From the NCBI RefSeq assembly GCF_964194025.1, contig NC_134470.1, positions 59,272,001-59,336,000 on the forward strand: a stretch of DNA of 64,000 nucleotides, in the 5' to 3' direction. Of this stretch, positions 63,288-64,000 are shown piece by piece; position 1 is the stretch's first letter, and every line of letters begins with the position of its first letter. Origin of the DNA: Convolutriloba macropyga. Lineage: Eukaryota. The translations under genes were made by a program, and so were the position numbers. The notes under the pieces are model-generated. The model had not been told where the DNA came from. It did not search any database and saw only the letters and a list, made by a program, of their open reading frames with translations.

Positions 63288-63418
63288 GGGTCTTTCCCAT
63301 TATAGCCGCCCCAGCTGATTGGTCAGATAACCTATAGCCCCCCAAATCATGGTAATTATACCATAATGGGGGGGCTATAATATCATGGGGGGAGGGGTGG
63401 CTATAATGGGAAAGAACC
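63288..63418. mobile_element. MITE family B, opposite orientation
   Basis: gggtctttcccattatagcc ... ggctataatgggaaagaacc; TSD gatcgttt / gaccgttt (7 of 8 match). Confidence 0.82.
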
Positions 63419-63424
63419 GACCGT

Positions 63425-63755
63425 TTTGACTTTTAAGTGACGCAAATTTTATTTCTTTTGCAGCTCCTAAATTTCTCTCTCATTCATAAGTGTCAGCAGT
63501 TGAACACAAATGGCGGGCAATTCACTAATAACTGTCAAATGATACTTAACAAATTGGCATATTTTTTTACTCTAAATTTTAGTGGTTATAGTGATTTGTA
63601 TTAACCTCTCAGTAATGACAACAATCGAATTCCCCCTATAGTGAATTTAATTACCCCACCCCCCCCCCCCCCGACTGAAACAGATTGTTACAGATGCGAG
63701 CTCCCACAAAACGCTCGGGATGTTAGTGTAGTCTCTATTCTTCCAACGTTAGTGT
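63425..63755 (+). mobile_element. Degenerate HINE family 1 3' portion
   Basis: Similar to 1810-1960 plus 2440-2610 and to 4520-4860 (ctaaatttctctc, ccccgactgaa, ttcttcc(a/g)acgttagt). Confidence 0.6.
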
Positions 63756-64000
63756 AGTTTCATGTTAACACATAAGTTTGCGGTTTCTGATATTTTATCT
63801 CCCGAACTTGAGGCTTTACGTAAATTGAAAAATTATCGAATTCGGTTTGAGTAGAATTTTTTTCTGGGTATTGTTGTTGCTGTTGTTGCAGTTGATTCCC
63901 AGGCTAGCCAGAGGGATCTCTGCCGTTCATTCAAATTTTTTTCCGTCTGAGTCTGCACTTCTGACAGTCACAGGCAAACTACCACGTACAGGGATCCAAT

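Noticed and set aside
63780-64000. Poly-Q-like minus-strand exon at the window edge
   Set aside because: All three minus frames contain stops within the segment, and it is truncated by the window end.

Overview
This is AT-rich, repeat-dense eukaryotic (metazoan-like) genomic DNA with spliceosomal introns. No prokaryotic features, CRISPR arrays, or intact rRNA/tRNA genes are visible. Contents: (1) the 3' five coding exons of an LZTR1 orthologue (+, 98-16665; BACK1 end, BTB2, BACK2), whose introns are packed with nested Helentron-type non-autonomous elements (HINE/DINE-1 architecture); (2) an internally deleted Tc1 relic (18834-19640); (3) a decayed CRE-like non-LTR retrotransposon with RT and a restriction-like endonuclease (+, ~20460-23190); (4) a full-length but defective Ty3/Gypsy LTR element (-, 23608-30510; 406-bp LTRs, CAGCC TSD, tRNA-Ser-type PBS, PPT); (5) a probable two-exon claudin/PMP22-like tetraspan gene (-, 31003-32753); (6) two families of GG-terminated MITEs with 8-bp TSDs (Merlin-like); (7) a duplicated composite block (36845-40800 and 41757-53130), the second copy holding about 6 tandem ~1.6-kb units, most with a tRNA-like Pol III head; (8) further kb-scale tandem duplications and decayed coding remnants (53-62 kb). 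The most unusual observations are an LZTR1 intron that appears to be built almost entirely from a Helentron-type element 5' end, including its splice acceptor, and the mosaic 1.6-kb macrosatellite. I do not see convincing evidence for a wholly new biological system. All family assignments come from motif recognition by eye, not database searches.
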